From: Lama glama
Taxonomy: Eukaryota
DNA length: 64,000 nucleotides
Assembly: GCA_028534125.1 (NCBI GenBank)
Contig: CM052831.1
Location: forward strand, 23,064,001 to 23,128,000
Direction: 5' to 3'
In this document: piece after piece, positions 27,201-42,800 of the stretch
Position numbering within the stretch: the first letter of the stretch is position 1
Layout of the letters: each line of letters starts with the position of its first letter
Made by a program: the position numbers and the translations under genes
Notes under the pieces: model-generated
The model's input: only the letters and a program-made list of their open reading frames with translations
Database searches by the model: none
What the model was told of the DNA's origin: nothing

Positions 27201-29004
27201 CTGCCTAGATTCCAGCCCAGGACTCTGCATCCACACAACCCTGACTAATGGCTCTGCCACCTGCTCTCCCTCCTGGCAGCCACGGCCCCAGCGGCAGCAG
27301 GATGGCTTCTGGTATCACATGAGGTAGGGATCAGATGGCCCTGGGAACAGGCCAGGACTAGGGTTGTGGCGGAGGTGGGTAGCAGCCCTGAACAAGCAGA
27401 AACCCTTGGCCGTCACAGCTGCTTAAATGGAACAGGCAACAATGCAGCCCTTTGTTGCGACACCCAGCGGGCAGAGGTTGTGACAGACCAGCCCTGGCTG
27501 GCAAGGGGGCTGAACTATAGAGACCCCCATGCCTCACTGCAGGGAGGAAGAATGTACAGGTCCCACTGGAGAAGTAATTCAGCAACAGTCTAAAGAGTGA
27601 TTGCAGTTCAGATACTCCAGCCACATGATTCCAACCCTGGGCATCCAAACAGCATTGTTCATAAAAACAAAAGCTCCTCCAAACCAGGACAGTGCTCAGG
27701 GATACGGCAGACTCCAGGCCCTAAAAGATGCCCACTTGCCCCAGCCACTGTAATACAGAAAATCTATAATTTTCTGAACACCACCTGATAACAAAGATAA
27801 GACTTTCCTAAATATTTTTGGAGGGACACGTTCATGGGACACATTTGTGGCAGTGATGATTTCACACGTTATCCATATTAAAACTTACTGGATAGTATAC
27901 TTTAAATACATGTAGTTTACTGTATAAATATTCCTCAATAAAAGTTTGTTTTAAGGAGCTGAAATTGACAAAAAGTTTTAACAAACTTTCCACACAGCAC
28001 AATCCAAACGACATACATCTTGATATAAAGGAAACAGAAAGGAATCACGCTCAAATGGTCATGTTAGCATAAGATGACAGATGCTTCTTCTTTGTCTGTT
28101 TCTAAGTTTCTGCTAAAGTGCACCTGTAACTTTGACATAGGCTAAACTTAAATATATTACATAAGCAAGGAAAAAAGCTGGTGGGGTCTGTGCTTCACAG
28201 ATCCAAGCAGAGGCTACAGAGGGCCAGGGTGGGGCAGAGGTGAGGGCAGGTGCACACTGGACCAGAAGCTGAGTGGGGAGTACTCAGGTGTGAAGTGCTA
28301 TGATGAGTGCTGAGTGCACACCACTACGCCCCTACCCTCTGCTCCATCCTCAGAAGGAAGGTACTAGCACTGCCAGGGGAAAAGAAGAAGTGGGGTCCAG
28401 AAGGCAGACTCTCTGGCCGCAGATGTCACCGCCAGGAGTAGCAGAGTGAGAACAGAGCTCAAGCCAGCCTCCCCAGAGCCCAGGCCCCCTTCCCTACAAT
28501 GCCACTCCCAGCCTCTGGTCTGGTCCCGCAGGGAGAGGAGGGGCAATCCCCCCGGCCATACCTGCTGGTGGCTGCCGTGGGTGCCCGATCAGGACAGGAA
28601 AAGATGCGCTGCAGGTAGTCATTCAGTAGCTTCTCATGCACGATGCCTGGGCCACAGATCAGAAGAGAGGGAAGGGACACATGGTCAGTGTGGCTCTCAG
28701 CTTCTCGTTGCCCCAGAGGCTCCTGGTCCCAGGTCCAGGGGTCAGAGAAGCAGTCACATTGGGTACCCTGCTCCACGGCTGCTGTCAGGGAAGAGCTGGC
28801 TCACAGTACGAGGGGTGCAGCAAAGCCTGAGACTCACTGGACCTGGGACCCTTGCCACCTCTGTCTCTTCCTCCTTCTTCCCTCAACACAAGGAGCCTCC
28901 TCCCAGTCCTGCAACCCCTCACCTGCGACCCTGGATTTCTCCGCATCTGAGGTCAGCCTGTAGCTCTTGCGGGAAAAAGACATGCTAGCCCCTTTGGATG
29001 CCAT
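3217..29004 (-). CDS. RNF123: E3 ubiquitin ligase RNF123/KPC1 (SPRY + C-terminal RING), 1316 aa
   Basis: [20 protein letters not shown] start, SPRY domain, C-terminal CPICYAH..CGHKSC..CFFC RING. Coding exons: 28923-29004, 28562-28646, 25831-25910, 25591-25685, 25121-25175, 24923-25008, 24537-24623, 24242-24309, 23922-24047, 23450-23564, 23261-23365, 22723-22854, 22482-22574, 22337-22410, 21433-21550, 21137-21236, 20860-20921, 20607-20678, 20263-20383, 19534-19635, 18238-18344, 17631-17829, 17128-17273, 16764-16847, 15917-16024, 11333-11510, 10407-10481, 10169-10256, 9985-10072, 9800-9884, 8328-8467, 8032-8220, 7867-7942, 7550-7634, 3875-4017, 3631-3725, 3420-3505, 3217-3337; sum 3951 nt. Confidence 0.97.
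4380..4784 (+). promoter_or_regulatory. CpG-rich AMIGO3 promoter region with two CTCF-like motifs
   Basis: CpG-rich; CTCF-like TGGCCGCCAGAGGGGGCAC on - (4398-4416) and TCGCCAGGGGGCGT on + (4431-4444); GC boxes near 4652 and 4763. Confidence 0.55.
4785..6311 (+). CDS. AMIGO3: Amphoterin-induced protein 3 (LRR + Ig + TM adhesion molecule), 508 aa, intronless CDS nested antisense in an RNF123 intron
   Basis: GCAGCCATGG Kozak; signal peptide, LRRNT (CPYKCVC), LRRs, LRRCT (NPLPCDC), Ig domain, [22 protein letters not shown], cytoplasmic HKHVVFLEP motif of the AMIGO family. Confidence 0.97.
   Translation: MARLVLQGTLLCMLRVGLGTPDSEGFLPPGPHNCPYKCVCAADLLSCAGLGLRDVPVALPVTAADLDLSHNALQHLRPGWLAPLSRLRALHLNHNELNVLGRGVFNNASGLRLLDLSSNALRALGRHDLDGLGALEMLLLFNNHLAHLDEHAFHGLRALSRLYLGCNQLASFSFHHLHGLGATHLLTLDLSSNRLGRISIPDLAALPAFLKNGLYLHNNPLPCDCHLYHLLQRWHQRGLNAVSDFTREYTCLAFKVPTSRVRFFDHSRVFENCSAAMALGLERPEEQLHVQVGRSLRLHCNTSAPAMRIAWVSPQHELLVAPGSRDGSIAVLADGTLAIGNVQTRHQGVFVCLATGPRLHHNQTHEYNVSVHFPHPEPEAFNTGFTTLLGCAVGLVLVLLYLFAPPCPGCRRCYHHTCRCRRWPRTPSPLQELSAQSSVLSTTPPDAPSRKASVHKHVVFLEPGRRGLNGRVQLAAAEDFDLYNPVGLRLQAGSESASSTGSEGLVMT
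7169..7174 (+). terminator. AMIGO3 (and possible long GMPPB) poly(A) signal AATAAA
   Basis: First canonical AATAAA found on + downstream of both the GMPPB and AMIGO3 stop codons. Confidence 0.7.
11700..12720 (-). mobile_element. Degenerate LINE-2 fragment(s)
   Basis: Purine-rich sequence resembling antisense L2 body; recognised by eye, boundaries approximate. Confidence 0.4.
12850..14936 (+). mobile_element. 5'-truncated LINE-1 (L1MB-like): decayed ORF2 plus 3' end
   Basis: RT-region relics ([24 protein letters not shown]), A-rich ORF2, and 3' tail GAACTGTACA...GGTAAATTTTATGTTATGTACATTTTACCACAAT; many stops; two N gaps inside. Confidence 0.92.
15380..15532 (+). mobile_element. LINE-2 3' end fragment
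   Basis: TATCCCTAGTGTCAAGATGGCACCTGGCA...AAATGAACAAGTGAGTGAATGA resembles an L2 tail. Confidence 0.55.
21551..22336 (-). other. U12-type GT-AG intron of RNF123
   Basis: 5'ss GTATCCTC; branch point TTCCTTGAC 9 nt before the intron end (...GACCACCAG); no polypyrimidine tract. Confidence 0.88.
23565..23921 (-). other. U12-type AT-AC intron of RNF123
   Basis: 5'ss ATATCCTTTT; branch GGCTTAAC; ends GGCAC; splicing restores ..RPLR/YPVAGY.. in frame. Confidence 0.93.
27800..28170 (+). mobile_element. Ancient L1 (L1MC/MD/ME-like) 3'-end fragments
   Basis: AT-rich; GTATACTTTAAATACATGTAGTTTACTGTATAAATATTCCTCAATAAA and a following L1ME-like tail. Confidence 0.6.
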
Positions 29005-29229
29005 CTTTCATCTCTTGTGGGAAGCCAGTGGTCCTGGGGGCTGAAGCAGAGGCAAAACCTGTCTATTCAAAGCTGGTCAAGGGCCCTCACACTGACCTTA
29101 GTCTTGGGGTGTCAGGAGGCTTGGGAGCAGGTGAAGCCAGCGCACACACACACACACACTAACCCAGGGCACAGGAAAGCAGTGGCCTCCAGCTTCCTAC
29201 ACAGGGAGGGTGAGTGGGGTTCTGGGCCC

Positions 29230-29320
29230 ATGTTACAGGGCCCCAGCACATCCCAGGGCTCACACAGGGCCTGACACAGAGCAGGTGGCAGATATATGTT
29301 TGTTAAACTAAATGAAATGC
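29230..29320 (+). mobile_element. LINE-2 3' end fragment
   Basis: CACAGGGCCTGACACAGAGCAGGTGGCAGATATATGTTTGTTAAACTAAATGAA. Confidence 0.5.
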
Positions 29321-29730
29321 CTCAACCCAGTGGGAAATCAGATCAAAGTGTCTAAAGTGAGGTGGCCTAGGGGAAGAGCCCATGTATCCTTCTCAGTTGT
29401 AAGCCACACTGGGTCCATATCTGGAAGAGAGAACCCAAACCAAGCCAAGTCCACTGTCCAAGGCCTTGTCCATCTCCATCCACAAGTCCTGCTGACACCC
29501 AAGGCCAGGACCCCCTTCCTCAGTTCCAGGATCACCCCTTCTCTATTCCAAAGGCCTGCTAGCTTTCCTGTTTGCACTTACAGTCTCCCACCCCATCACA
29601 GCAACACCCTTGCCCATTCAAAGACTCCACTGGTCTTCCCACTGCTGTCCATTCCTTATATATCATGGTGTTGCTACAGCTGCTTCAGAAGCTGCACTAA
29701 ATTGCTAGTACCAGCCTCAAAGATCTAGAG

Positions 29731-30109
29731 CTGTGCTGTACAACACAGTAGTTACTAGCCACATGTGGCTACTTAAATTTGAATTAAATTTCTAAAAATT
29801 TAAAAATCAATTTCTCAGGCAGTCTCCCATCTGAGTGAAACAGATCCCACTCTGTCTATGGAGTGTGTAACTACTTTTACTTTAAACTAATCACCTAACC
29901 CCCAAACCTCGTGGCTTTTCTCTTCCCTTCTGAAAAAGCCTGCACTCTATGGAGTATGTATCTCTCTAAATAAGCCTACCTTTACTCAAAAAAAAAATCA
30001 ATTTCTCAATTATATTGACCACATTTCACGGATTTTGTGGCCAGTGATTATGAGACAAGACACCGAACATAAAGAACATTTCCATCATCACAGAAAGTTC
30101 TATCAGCTG
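29731..30109. mobile_element. MER3-like hAT-Charlie DNA transposon, interrupted by a retroposed insert
   Basis: CTGTGCTGTACAACACAGTAGTTACTAGCCACATGTGGCTAC...AACATTTCCATCATCACAGAAAGTTCTAT; degenerate 8-bp flanks ATCTAGAG / GTTTAGAG. Confidence 0.8.
29818..29997 (+). mobile_element. ~170-bp polyadenylated retroposed insert (LTR-like sequence) with 16-bp TSD
   Basis: TSD AAAAATCAATTTCTCA at 29802-29817 and 29993-30008; TT|AAAA target; AATAAG then A-tail; internal repeat CTATGGAGTRTGTA. Confidence 0.75.
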
Positions 30110-30379
30110 GTTTAGAGCCTAGCCCTCGAGCAATACCTTAGACAGCACTCTTTTCTCTTATCTCACCCCAAACAGGTCCAGTGCTCCCGCCACACACCCT
30201 TGCTCACTCACGGTCCGCACCACGCCTGCCCCTCGGGAAAGTGACTTCCCACCCTACCGCCCACCGCAGGCAACCATGATCGCTGTCCCTCTCACTCCAG
30301 AACAGGTCCAGGACAGATTAGACGTGGTCGCTCATCTGAGGAGTAAACCTTCCATCCACCCCGGGTGTCAGGTGCTGAA

Positions 30380-31160
30380 GACCCAGATGAGAGGTAGATT
30401 TTGACTTTGCTCGGGGGCTCCCTGTCACGTCGATCCTATTCAGCCGCGCCGAGGGATCCGGGCTCAGAACAGAACCGACCCCATCTCGGAACCCAAGGAC
30501 GTGAGGGCAGCGCTGGTTTCTGCCAAGTCGCCCCCGCCCGGCCCCAAGCTCTAGAGGCTCCTCCAGGACAACTCCAGCCCGGAGTCTCGCACTTTAGACT
30601 GCGACTCCCTGAGCGACGAGCACCCTCGCACTAGACAGGCCGAGGCCGCAAGGCGAGCCGCGGGGACCCACCCCTCCCGGAGCCCAGCCGCCCCTCACTC
30701 ACCCCGTGTCGGCCGCGGCGTCCCGGCTCACAACATCCGCCCAGCCTCTCGGCTACGGTGTCCGTCCAGGGCCAAACCGCGCGCCCGCCGCGCAAGCGCA
30801 TTAGCCTGCGCACAGCCTGCGCACGGCCTGCGCCGGGGTGGGGGGGCGGGGGAGCTCCGCGGCCTCCGGGATGTTCCCGGGGCCGCCTCGCTCCACTGCC
30901 CAACCACCTCCGACCCCCGCCTGCGCCAGAGGAGCTCCTAGCACAGCCGTGTCACAACTGTGTCCTGACTGGGAGACTTTGCTGCCTATTTCAACTCCTA
31001 CCAGCTACTTGCAGGCCCCACGCAGAGGTCCCCTAGGATGTCGGAAAGGCGGCTCCTCGCGGGGTCCCTGCTCCCAGTCACCCTCACCTCCATTCAGGCC
31101 TGACGGGTGGCCTCGCTCACCTTCCCTGGGATGGCACCTCTGGCGGGGCGAGGGGGGCCC
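30380..31160 (-). promoter_or_regulatory. RNF123 CpG-island promoter and non-coding exon 1 (donor at 30702)
   Basis: CpG island; GG|GTGAGT donor on - at 30703/30702; clustered NRF1-like GCGCANGCGC / TGCGCAGGC motifs 30790-30833; exon 2 acceptor at 29041 leaves 36 nt of 5'UTR. Confidence 0.8.
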
Positions 31161-31429
31161 TCTATCTGGGGCGTGGACAGACCTGCCTCCAGCAAAAGGG
31201 GCAGGCTGTTTTGGGGCTGGAGCAGGGAACGTTCTCCACTTTACAGGGGAAAGCTGAGGCTCGGGCAACTTTAATATCACTGCCTCTGGCAGCAACCATG
31301 TCCACGCTGTCCTTCCCTTCAGAGAAGCCTAGGCTGCAGGGGGGCTCCACTCCCACTCCAGGGCACCTCATGTGCCCCCACTGAACCTTTCCAACACTGT
31401 CCACTACACAGAGAGGCCTCATAGGGGCT

Positions 31430-31636
31430 AACTGTGCCAAAGTGAAGACCCTTGCCACCTCACCTAGGGGCCCTGACGTTGGCCCCACCCCCATTCCTGC
31501 CACTGGGTCTCAGGTCAGGCCCCAGCAGGCCTAGAGTAGAGGTGTGGAGCCAGAGCCACCCAATCCCCTAGGGACAGGTTTCACAACTTCCCGGATAGGG
31601 CTGTAGTGGGTCACAGTGCAGCCTCCAGCCAGGAGG
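31430..31636 (+). promoter_or_regulatory. MST1 proximal promoter (TATA-less; DR1/HNF4-like element and CCAAT box)
   Basis: GGGTCT-C-AGGTCA DR1 at 31505-31517; CCAAT 31560-31564; consistent with known liver-specific HNF4/NF-Y control of this gene. Confidence 0.6.
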
Positions 31637-36226
<4,590 letters not shown>

Positions 36227-36276
36227 GCCCAGCCTCAATCCTGTGTGCCTTGGGGAGGATGAAGCTATCTGTCAGA

Positions 36277-36282
36277 CATAAA
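36277..36282 (+). terminator. Probable MST1 poly(A) signal (variant CATAAA)
   Basis: CATAAA 50 nt after the stop, followed by a U-rich stretch; no AATAAA nearby on +. Confidence 0.5.
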
Positions 36283-36730
36283 GCCACCTTTCTTCCTTAT
36301 GCCTCTGAAGGGTGCTTCTTAGCCTCTGCTTCTAGGGCATGAATTGGCAACACCTCATTAGGGCCTGGGTGGCTCGAGTCCAGCACACCCTGGGCTGGGC
36401 GATCTGACCCGAGGGCTACCTTAGCCTGTAGGTGCTGTGGAAAGCAGGGCCTCACTGGTCCCCCAGATAAACTTGGGAGGGGAAGGATGGTGTAGGGCAG
36501 TTTCTAACAGAAGGGGCTGTAGCAGAGGGAGCTAGCCTGGTGGAGTCCCACGTGTCCAGGACAGGCAGCGGTTCAGTCTCTCATTATCCCCTGCCCCCTC
36601 ACATTGGCAGTAGATGCCGTCCTTATGGCTGCCACACCCAGGGCCTACGGCCTCTGAACCCCAAGGGTGGGGCTGGGGTTACGGGTGGCTTGGTACAAAG
36701 TACCAGCAGGAACCAGACTCTGTGTCCTCA

Positions 36731-36736
36731 TTTATT
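36731..36736 (-). terminator. APEH poly(A) signal AATAAA
   Basis: TTTATT on +, ~145 nt downstream of the APEH stop. Confidence 0.75.
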
Positions 36737-36879
36737 ATGAGTATATAGTCCACATTCCTCGGCTCACCCATCCATGGAGTCCAGAGCCCAGGATGCCTTT
36801 CACCTCTCTGCTAGACCCTGGGGCTCTCCAAGAGCCAAGTGCGGCTTATGCCAGCCGGCTCATGCAGAGAGGTAGGGTT

Positions 36880-39800
36880 TCAGTTGCCCAAGTGTGTGCA
36901 CAGCCAAAGCACAGCATTCATGAAGCTGTCTGATTCCACTTCCACCTCTGACAGTGTATGGGTGCTTTTGGGATAGAGCAGGAGCCTGCAAGGATCGGGC
37001 AGCGATGTTTGAGGTTGGAGGATCCTCCCCTGCTCACCTGCTCACCAGCTCCCAGGGCTGTCGCCAGATGTGTGCCACACTCACCGAACTGGCACGTTCC
37101 GGGCCTTGAGGGCACGGTAATACTCCATGCCCTGTTTGAAGGGCACACGCCTGTCCTCCTGGCCCAGCATCAGTAACAGTGGAGTCTTCACCTGGATGTG
37201 TGGGGAGTCGTTGTAAGCAGGGTCTGGGGCCCTGGACACACTGGCAGCACAGCGGGCAGGGGGAGGGCTGTGTACCTGAGAGGTGTACTTGATGGGCGAC
37301 CTGTCCAGCATGTCAGCCCACAGGCTGAGGTCTGGCAGACAGTCGCTACTGTAGGGGAAGCCAGACTCCACCACGCACCTGCAAGAGACTGAGCTGAAGC
37401 AGCTCCTGGAGTTCTGGGGCCTATGGGAGCTCCATGAGGGTATGGGGTAGAGGGGAGAAGGGCAGGGACCTGTGGGCACACCCACCAGTCAGGGATGTCA
37501 GTAGAGCCCATCATGGAGGCAATGTTGATCACAGGGTTCCGCACCACACAGGCGCCGTAGGTCTCTGGGTACTGACCAATCAGGTGGCAGGAGAGGAAGC
37601 CACCATGGGAACCACCCATAAGGGCCACACGGCCTGCGTCAAAGTGTTCCTCCCGGAGCACCTGCTCTACTGCAAACTACAGGGTGGGGCAGATCATGCT
37701 GCAGCCGGCTGCCTGCTCAGCAGGATGAAGGCACACCCCCAAGAACCTACCCTCCAACCTGTCCAGAAGCCCCAGCCCCTGCTACCTGGACGTCCTTCAC
37801 ATCCTGGTGGCCCACATTGCCGGGGAGGGAGAAGATGCTGTCCTGGCCAAAGCCCGTGGAGCCACGATAGTTCACTGGAGGCCAGGGAGGGACCAGACAG
37901 AGTAGTCAAGTGGCATTCCTAGCTCCCCGGATACCCTTTCACCCATATGTGAAGTAGGCCTTAAGGCCAGCTGCCACCACAGACTCAAGGGGAAGGGGCT
38001 AAGAAATCTGAGAAAGCCCAGTGACTACAGCACCCTTCCCATGGAAGTCTTGATTTAGCCCATGTTATCACCATGCCATGGAGCCAGAGGCTGGGCGAGG
38101 GCAGTTTCGGATAGTGGTTACCAGGTCCAGACTACAGAGAGGCCTGGAGACTAGGGTGGTACAAACCAGATCCACTCCATTGATACCCGACATCCCTACC
38201 AGAGCTGTGGGCCCTGCTCACTCACCCAGCAGTACTGCAAAGCCCATCTTGCAAAGCATGGCTGGGAACAGCATCCAGGCAGTGACAAAGGATGAATGGG
38301 GTCCCCCTGCAGATAGGGAGCAGAGAGAGGGTGAAAGAGCCAGATAGGAGGGGTGGTGGGAAGGCAGGGACTCTCAAGCCAGTTGCCTACCGTGGGGCAT
38401 GACCACCATGGGCACCTGGGTCTTATCTGGAGGATCGCTGGGCTGCAGAAGGATCGCTTCAAAGTCAAGGCCAGCTGCAGGGAGAAAGGCAATCAGCAGG
38501 GCCGGTGCTAATCCCCAGGGGCTTCCCGAGCCAAGGCCTCAGCTGTAGATCCAGGTCTGGGGCTGACCTCTGAAACAAGAGGCCTGGCCAAGGTAGCCCA
38601 CACTGTGACACATGGACCCCAAGAGGCTCATGCTCCTTCTGCCCTAGTCAGGGAGTCTCACTGTCTGCAGGGACAACATCCTGGTAGCGTGTGGTCACAG
38701 AGACCTTGTATAGGACTGTTATTTGGGCTTCATTATCCCACCACAGATGATTTGGTCTGATGATGCCCAGACACTGCTCCCCATGACTGACCACAAGAGG
38801 AACAGAAAGCCTCTTGGAGATAATCTCAAGAGACCCCAAAATGTGAGACAGGAGGTGAGAAAGGTGACCACAGACCCTATATGCTGGGGAACTCAAGAGA
38901 AGGTGTCCCTCAGCCCTTGGCCCAGCTCACCATACTGCACATGCTCTTGCTCTGGGGGTGGCTGTAGTACCCGGATGCTCCAGGAGATGTCAGGAATGGG
39001 CTCGGCCTCCTCCAGGGACACCCAGGATACTGTCTGCTCCTTCCCCGCAGGAGGCAGAAACCCAACTTTCTGCCAAGGGAAAAGAGTGTGTCACAGGCCT
39101 GGCTGCCTCCCTGCCTTTCCACCTCTGAGAAAGGGCAACTCTCATTATGGTGGGCCGTCTGCCCACCTCCAGAGGGTACAGCATGGACTCTTGTCGTAAG
39201 CTGATATGTACAAAGGTACTCACGTAACCACACATACGTACCCCTCCCTCCTCAGCTTCTAGGCTCTGCCGTCTCCCTATACTGTTATACCCAGGGACTG
39301 GGCACTTTCCCAGACACCCTGTTCTGTATAGAGCAGACCTTAGCCCAGTAGTTCCTCCGCATGGTGCCAGACCCTCATGGACTAGCTACCCTGGGCCCAC
39401 ACCTTGGCCTCTCACATGCTGACCAGCCAGTCAGACTCTGAGGCCACTTCCCTGACCTGGGGAGCTCTGCCTGCATGGAACCCCTGCATTCTGGCCTGGG
39501 CGAACGCCCACCATCACTCACCAGGCTTGGGGGCAGGCTGGGCGTGGAGAACTGTGCCACCATGAGGTCCCGGTCAATTGTGAGCAGCTTCCAGCTTCCA
39601 CCTGACCCCCCTGGAGAAGGCAGATACCACCACCATTCCCACCCCTCCCTGCAGAGCCAGAGTCCCAGCCTGAAGGCTCTACAGCGAGGTGCCCCTTCCA
39701 CCCTGAGAAGCAAAGGGACACCCACAAAGGGACACACAGCTCTGGGTGAGCTTCCTGCTCAGTCCATTCATCCAGCAGGTGCTGGCTGTGACCCGGGACT

Positions 39801-42800
39801 GCCAGACCTGAGGACACACCAGACCACAAGGCACATCCACCCACCACCTGATGGACTGCAGTCTGCAGGGGCAGCGGCTGCTAGGCCGAGGCGTGGGGGT
39901 GGGCTCTGATTCTAGGCAGCGGGGTCCAAGGAGATCGGGATTCCTAAGCAGCGACTGTGCAGAGATGTTTGTGGAGGAGTGAGTACAGCCAGGGCAGGTG
40001 GAGGACTCAAACATGTTTTAGGGACAGAATCATCAGGCCTGGGTAAGAGGAAGATGAGGGAGCCAATCCAGGGCTTCTCTTGGGCCCTGGAGTGACAGAG
40101 GTGCCCCTGCCTGAGGTTTGCGGAGGAGGAAGGATGACTGACAGATCCTGACAAGAGAGAATTTTCTGGGTTCAAGGAGCAGGGTGGGAGCCGTACAGAG
40201 GCAGAGCCAGGACACAGGGAGCAGAGAAGGCTGTCCGTTGGTGGGATAAGGGTCCCCATGAAACTGTCAGTAAAGGCTGTGGAGCAGTCAGTGGTGCAGA
40301 GTGGCCAAGAGTGCGACCGCTGCCCCATGTGCTCAAGCTTTAGTCCCACCCCTGGCCTGGCTGGTCCACTTGCCAGCCCTGCTCACCTGCCGTCAGAGAG
40401 GTCACAGTGCCCATCTGAGTGTCCACAGCAAACAGGTCCTGAAGCAGAAGGGAGGCCACGTGTGGTACCACATCCCAGAACCCAGTGGGTCCTGCCCCCA
40501 TCTCTGCTCTACCCTTTTGGGGACCTTGGGCCAGGCCAGGCCAGAGCTGTGAAGGACTATGGTGACAGCTACTCAGTGCAGCAGGGAGTGGCCTGAGGGC
40601 CTGGGTTCACATCCCAGCTCTGTTACAACTTGCTGAATGACCCTGCGTAAGGTAAGGAATGACTCTGAGTCCCTTTGAACTACACTGTGGATCAAATGAA
40701 ATCACATCCCAAAGGAGCCTGGCATATTGTGCTGTCCCCACCCAATCGCTGGGAGAAAGCCACTGTCCCATCTCTATGAGCTCCCTGTATGGTGTTCAGG
40801 GGCCCATCCCAGTGGCGGCCCCCTTGTCCTCCAGCTGGAAATGCTGAGGAAGGGCGATGTTTTGCATCTCTGCCTCAGGAGAAAGGGCCAAGGGCTCTGT
40901 TGTGAGGTACCCAGGCAGCCAGCCCCCTCAAGGAAAAGCAAGTTCAGGACAGGGGCAGGCAGGGCCTTAAAGAGCCAGTGAGACCTTGTGGCTGGGCAAT
41001 GTGCATGTGCTATGTCCCAGGCCCACAGCTCCTGGGGGTTGGTCAAGGGCCGCCTCTCAACACAGTCAGGGCCCCTTACCTGCTGGCTGCGATGAACAGA
41101 GTCAAAAACCACTCTCTGGCTGTCAGCTGACCAGCATCCCAGAGGCAGAAGGCTGCAGTAGATCCCAGAGAAGTTCTCTGCAAAGGCAGAGGGCTGGGGG
41201 CCACGTCCAGGAATGGAGGTGTAGAGGGCTTAAGACTATGAGGCAGGCTGGGTTGCTGGGGAATTCACCTGGGACACCCAAATGTGACAGAATGGCAGCC
41301 CCACATATGGGGGCATCCTAGGTGATGAGGCATGGCCTGAAGAGGGGGCTGAGGGGCAGAGGCCTCTGAGGTCCCAAGAGAGGGGGAACGTGAGAGCTTC
41401 TGAGAGAAACCACAGGTGCTCAGAAGAAATGCACTGGCATTCCTCTGAGCTGCTCTTATTTGGTCCCTGGTGGGCACTGGATGCTGTAACCAAGACAACA
41501 CCTGTCTGTCCATTACCGTACTTAGCAGAGTGCTGTGCAAAGGAGGCTGAATAAATCCTACCCTCTAATATCATCCCTCATGTAGCCCTTGCTACCATCC
41601 TACAAAGAAGGCAGGGATAACTGCCTCCTTCTCACATAAAGAAATGGAAGCTTGGGGAGGTCAGGACACTGTCCAAGGACACACAGCTATTAAGGGGCAG
41701 AGCTGAGATTCAGACCAGGTCCCCACTGCTACATCCCTGCAACCCCAAGAGAAGAAAAGGAGACCATCCCTTGTCCTTGATTCCTGGAACTGACCAGGCA
41801 GCCTGAGGAAAAGAGACTCACCCCTCACATCCTTGTTCAGGATCCCAAGCAGGGTTGTGAGCACTCAAGACTGACTGGAGCTTGTCGGCCAAGGACCACC
41901 CTCCCAGAGACCCCGCTGCCTCAAGGGCTTGGACTGAACAAATGCTAGGATGTGGGCTGGGAGTGGGAGAATGAGCACCCTTGGACTAGGACCTGCCAAC
42001 CTAGTGCACTTTCTGAGACCCTTTGAAGGAGCAGTGGCTTTAACCAGCCATTGGAAAAATAAGAAATATCTGAAGAAAACATATATATATGTATAATTGA
42101 ATCACTTTGCTGTACATCTGAAATATTGTGTACCAACTGTACCACAATAAAAAATGATAAAATTTTTAAAAGTTAAAAAAAAAAAAAGAAATATCTATGG
42201 GCTGCAGCATGGGAATGAAACAATCTAAATCCTCAGCCAGTTTGGGCTGCTCTGATCTCAGCTTCAGTCTAGCTGACTTCCTTCTATCAGAACCATTCCC
42301 TACAGCGATGGCCCCAACCCCTGAGGAGGCAGAACCTGGGGCTGGCCCAGCAGGAGGGAGACTTCAGAAGGAACCCAGGAAGGAAGAGCTGAGGAGGCTG
42401 CCCCTGAGCCAGGATAACAGCTGGCAGGAAAACAGAGCTGCAGGCTCCACTGCACTCAACCAGCCACACACCCCTTACCTCTCAGCTGCCGAGGCACGAC
42501 GTCCACCACCACCGAGGTGACCCTGGTGTACCAGTCATACTGCAAGAGGACATAGTGGTCAGGCCCACCAAGGGACCGGCAGTACCCTCAGGGCATGGAG
42601 CTCTGTACACCTGTCCTCTTCCATGATAGCCTAGCATAGCCTCAGGGAAGGGAGGGGAGGACCTGAGAGGAGCCCGGTGTATCTCCTTTCTGGTGACCTG
42701 GACCAGCTGTCCGAGGGGCCTCTGACTTTCACTAGGAGCCCAGAGCTCTTCGTGGGCAAAGACTCTGTAACTGCCCGCTACATCCCAGGCCCTTGCAGAG

